Source: the human T2T-CHM13v2.0 reference genome, Homo sapiens. Taken from it: 64,000 nt of DNA. The notes under the pieces were generated by a model, which had not been told where the DNA came from, made no database searches, and was given only the letters and a program-made list of their open reading frames with translations. Within the stretch, counting starts at the first letter, position 1, and each line of letters starts with the position of its first letter. Below, piece by piece: positions 62,745-64,000 of the stretch. The stretch lies in NCBI RefSeq assembly GCF_009914755.1, contig NC_060926.1; one strand, 5' to 3'. Position numbers and translations under genes: made by a program.

Positions 62745-63114
62745 TATATGATAGCAGGTTATAGCAGAGACTAGCTTAGCTATTCATCAAACCTATTTCT
62801 TCTTCCTCCTGATCACATAGCTAGAGTATATTTCCAAGCCTCCTTTGCAGTGATTGACCTCTGGCCAATATAATATTGGCAGAAGTGAGATGTGCCACTT
62901 ATAAGCTTGATCCCTAAAAAACCTCCAGGCATTACTTACTCTCTTTCCCCTTCTGTGGTACCCTTGAAAGCCACAAGGTGGAAGAGTCCTAGATCTCTTG
63001 AGAGTCACCCACCAGGGACATGCACTTTGGTCTTTACATAAGCAAAACATAAAATTTCTATTATTAGATTTTAGAGTTTGTCTGTTATAGCAGGGAACAT
63101 TATTTAATGAATAC
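62745..63114 (+). mobile_element. MLT1 (H/I-type) LTR
   Basis: atttccaagcctcctttgcag...ctctggccaata...gtttgtctgttatagcag...aatgaataca. Confidence 0.7.
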
Positions 63115-63899
63115 AGAAACAGGTGTTGGAAATATGGTGTTGCCCCCAACAAAAAAATCTAAAATAAAAGACATGGGTTTAGTGGTCAGGCAGTGGGCAG
63201 TAAGAACATATATTTAACAAGTTAAAAGGCTGAAAAGCCCTATAATACTGTGGCAAAACAACTGGTAAAATTGGAACCTATAATAAGTGAATAGGCATAC
63301 CACATCCCTACTGGGCCTGTTGCACTATAAGTGAATAAAGAGTAAGAGTTATAGTGTACACTGGTATTCGCTTTCTGCTTTTGGCAAGGTAGTGCATAAA
63401 AACGATAAGCTCAGAAAAGTATTAGCTCATTTGCAGACTGAATTTATAGGGAAAGAAGTAGTCCCAGAAACTTAGGCCTCACAGAGTTAGAAAGGTGAAC
63501 ACATACAGATCTTAAACAATATGAGAAAAAAAAAATAGTAAAGGCTTATGCAATGAAGTCCCAAGAAGGCTTCTAGTTCAACAAAGTGACTCAACTCTAA
63601 GGCAGAGATCAGATTCAAGCATGATCTTACCACCCACTGTTTCACATCACCTCAATGTAAGGCCATCAAACTGAGAAAGAAGCATGAAGCAAGGGCTATG
63701 CTCCCCAACCTCCACTACTTTCCCAAAGAGAGGAGAAGAAAAATAAAATAATTCTTGAAAATTATATTTAGGGAAGAACAGTGGGTATGGTGTCTGCACA
63801 GAACCTATTGGAAAGAAAAAGATGAGATGCCTACTACATTTTGAGGGAATGATAATGTCAAAAAAACACAAATGTGGACTAAATTTTAATAAACGTTTG
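63115..63899 (+). mobile_element. MLT1 internal (MaLR-int) sequence
   Basis: Directly follows the LTR; gtggcaaaacaactggtaaaatt resembles MaLR-int. Confidence 0.55.
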
Positions 63900-64000
63900 T
63901 GCCAGGCACAGTGGCTCATGCCTGTAATCCTAGCACTTTGGGAGGCCGAGGCGGGTGGATCACGAGGTCAAGAGATCGAGACCATCCTGGCCAACATGGT
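63900..64000 (+). mobile_element. AluSc-like, cut by window end
   Basis: ggatcacgaggtcaagagatcgagaccatcctggccaacatggt. Confidence 0.92.

Overview
This is primate (very probably human) non-coding genomic DNA, not microbial. It is AT-rich and CpG-depleted, and a large share of it is interspersed repeats. These include about 32 Alu copies or fragments, several L1 generations (L1PA2/3-like, L1PA4-like, L1PA15/16-like, L1MA/MB/MC/ME), L2, MIR, MaLR (MLT1) LTRs and DNA-transposon relics (MADE1, MER2, MER44, MER20B-like). I found no recognisable host coding exon, RNA gene or CRISPR array. The long ORFs are L1 ORF2 remnants or Alu/microsatellite artefacts. The A-rich + strand and mostly +-oriented L1s suggest a large intron of a gene transcribed on the - strand, which I cannot identify. 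I do not see a new biological system. The notable content is mechanistic: (1) a 3.5 kb twin-primed L1 with an exact TSD and a gapless inversion breakpoint that creates an in-frame chimeric ORF; (2) a short L1 3' transduction; (3) a four-layer nested insertion L1MC>AluJ>L1PA16>AluS; (4) several templated-insertion and fold-back scars; (5) a MADE1/miR-548-type hairpin; and (6) a candidate internal regulatory region or alternative exon near 43.9-44.3 kb. Subfamily names come from remembered consensus diagnostics, and the boundaries of old repeats are approximate.
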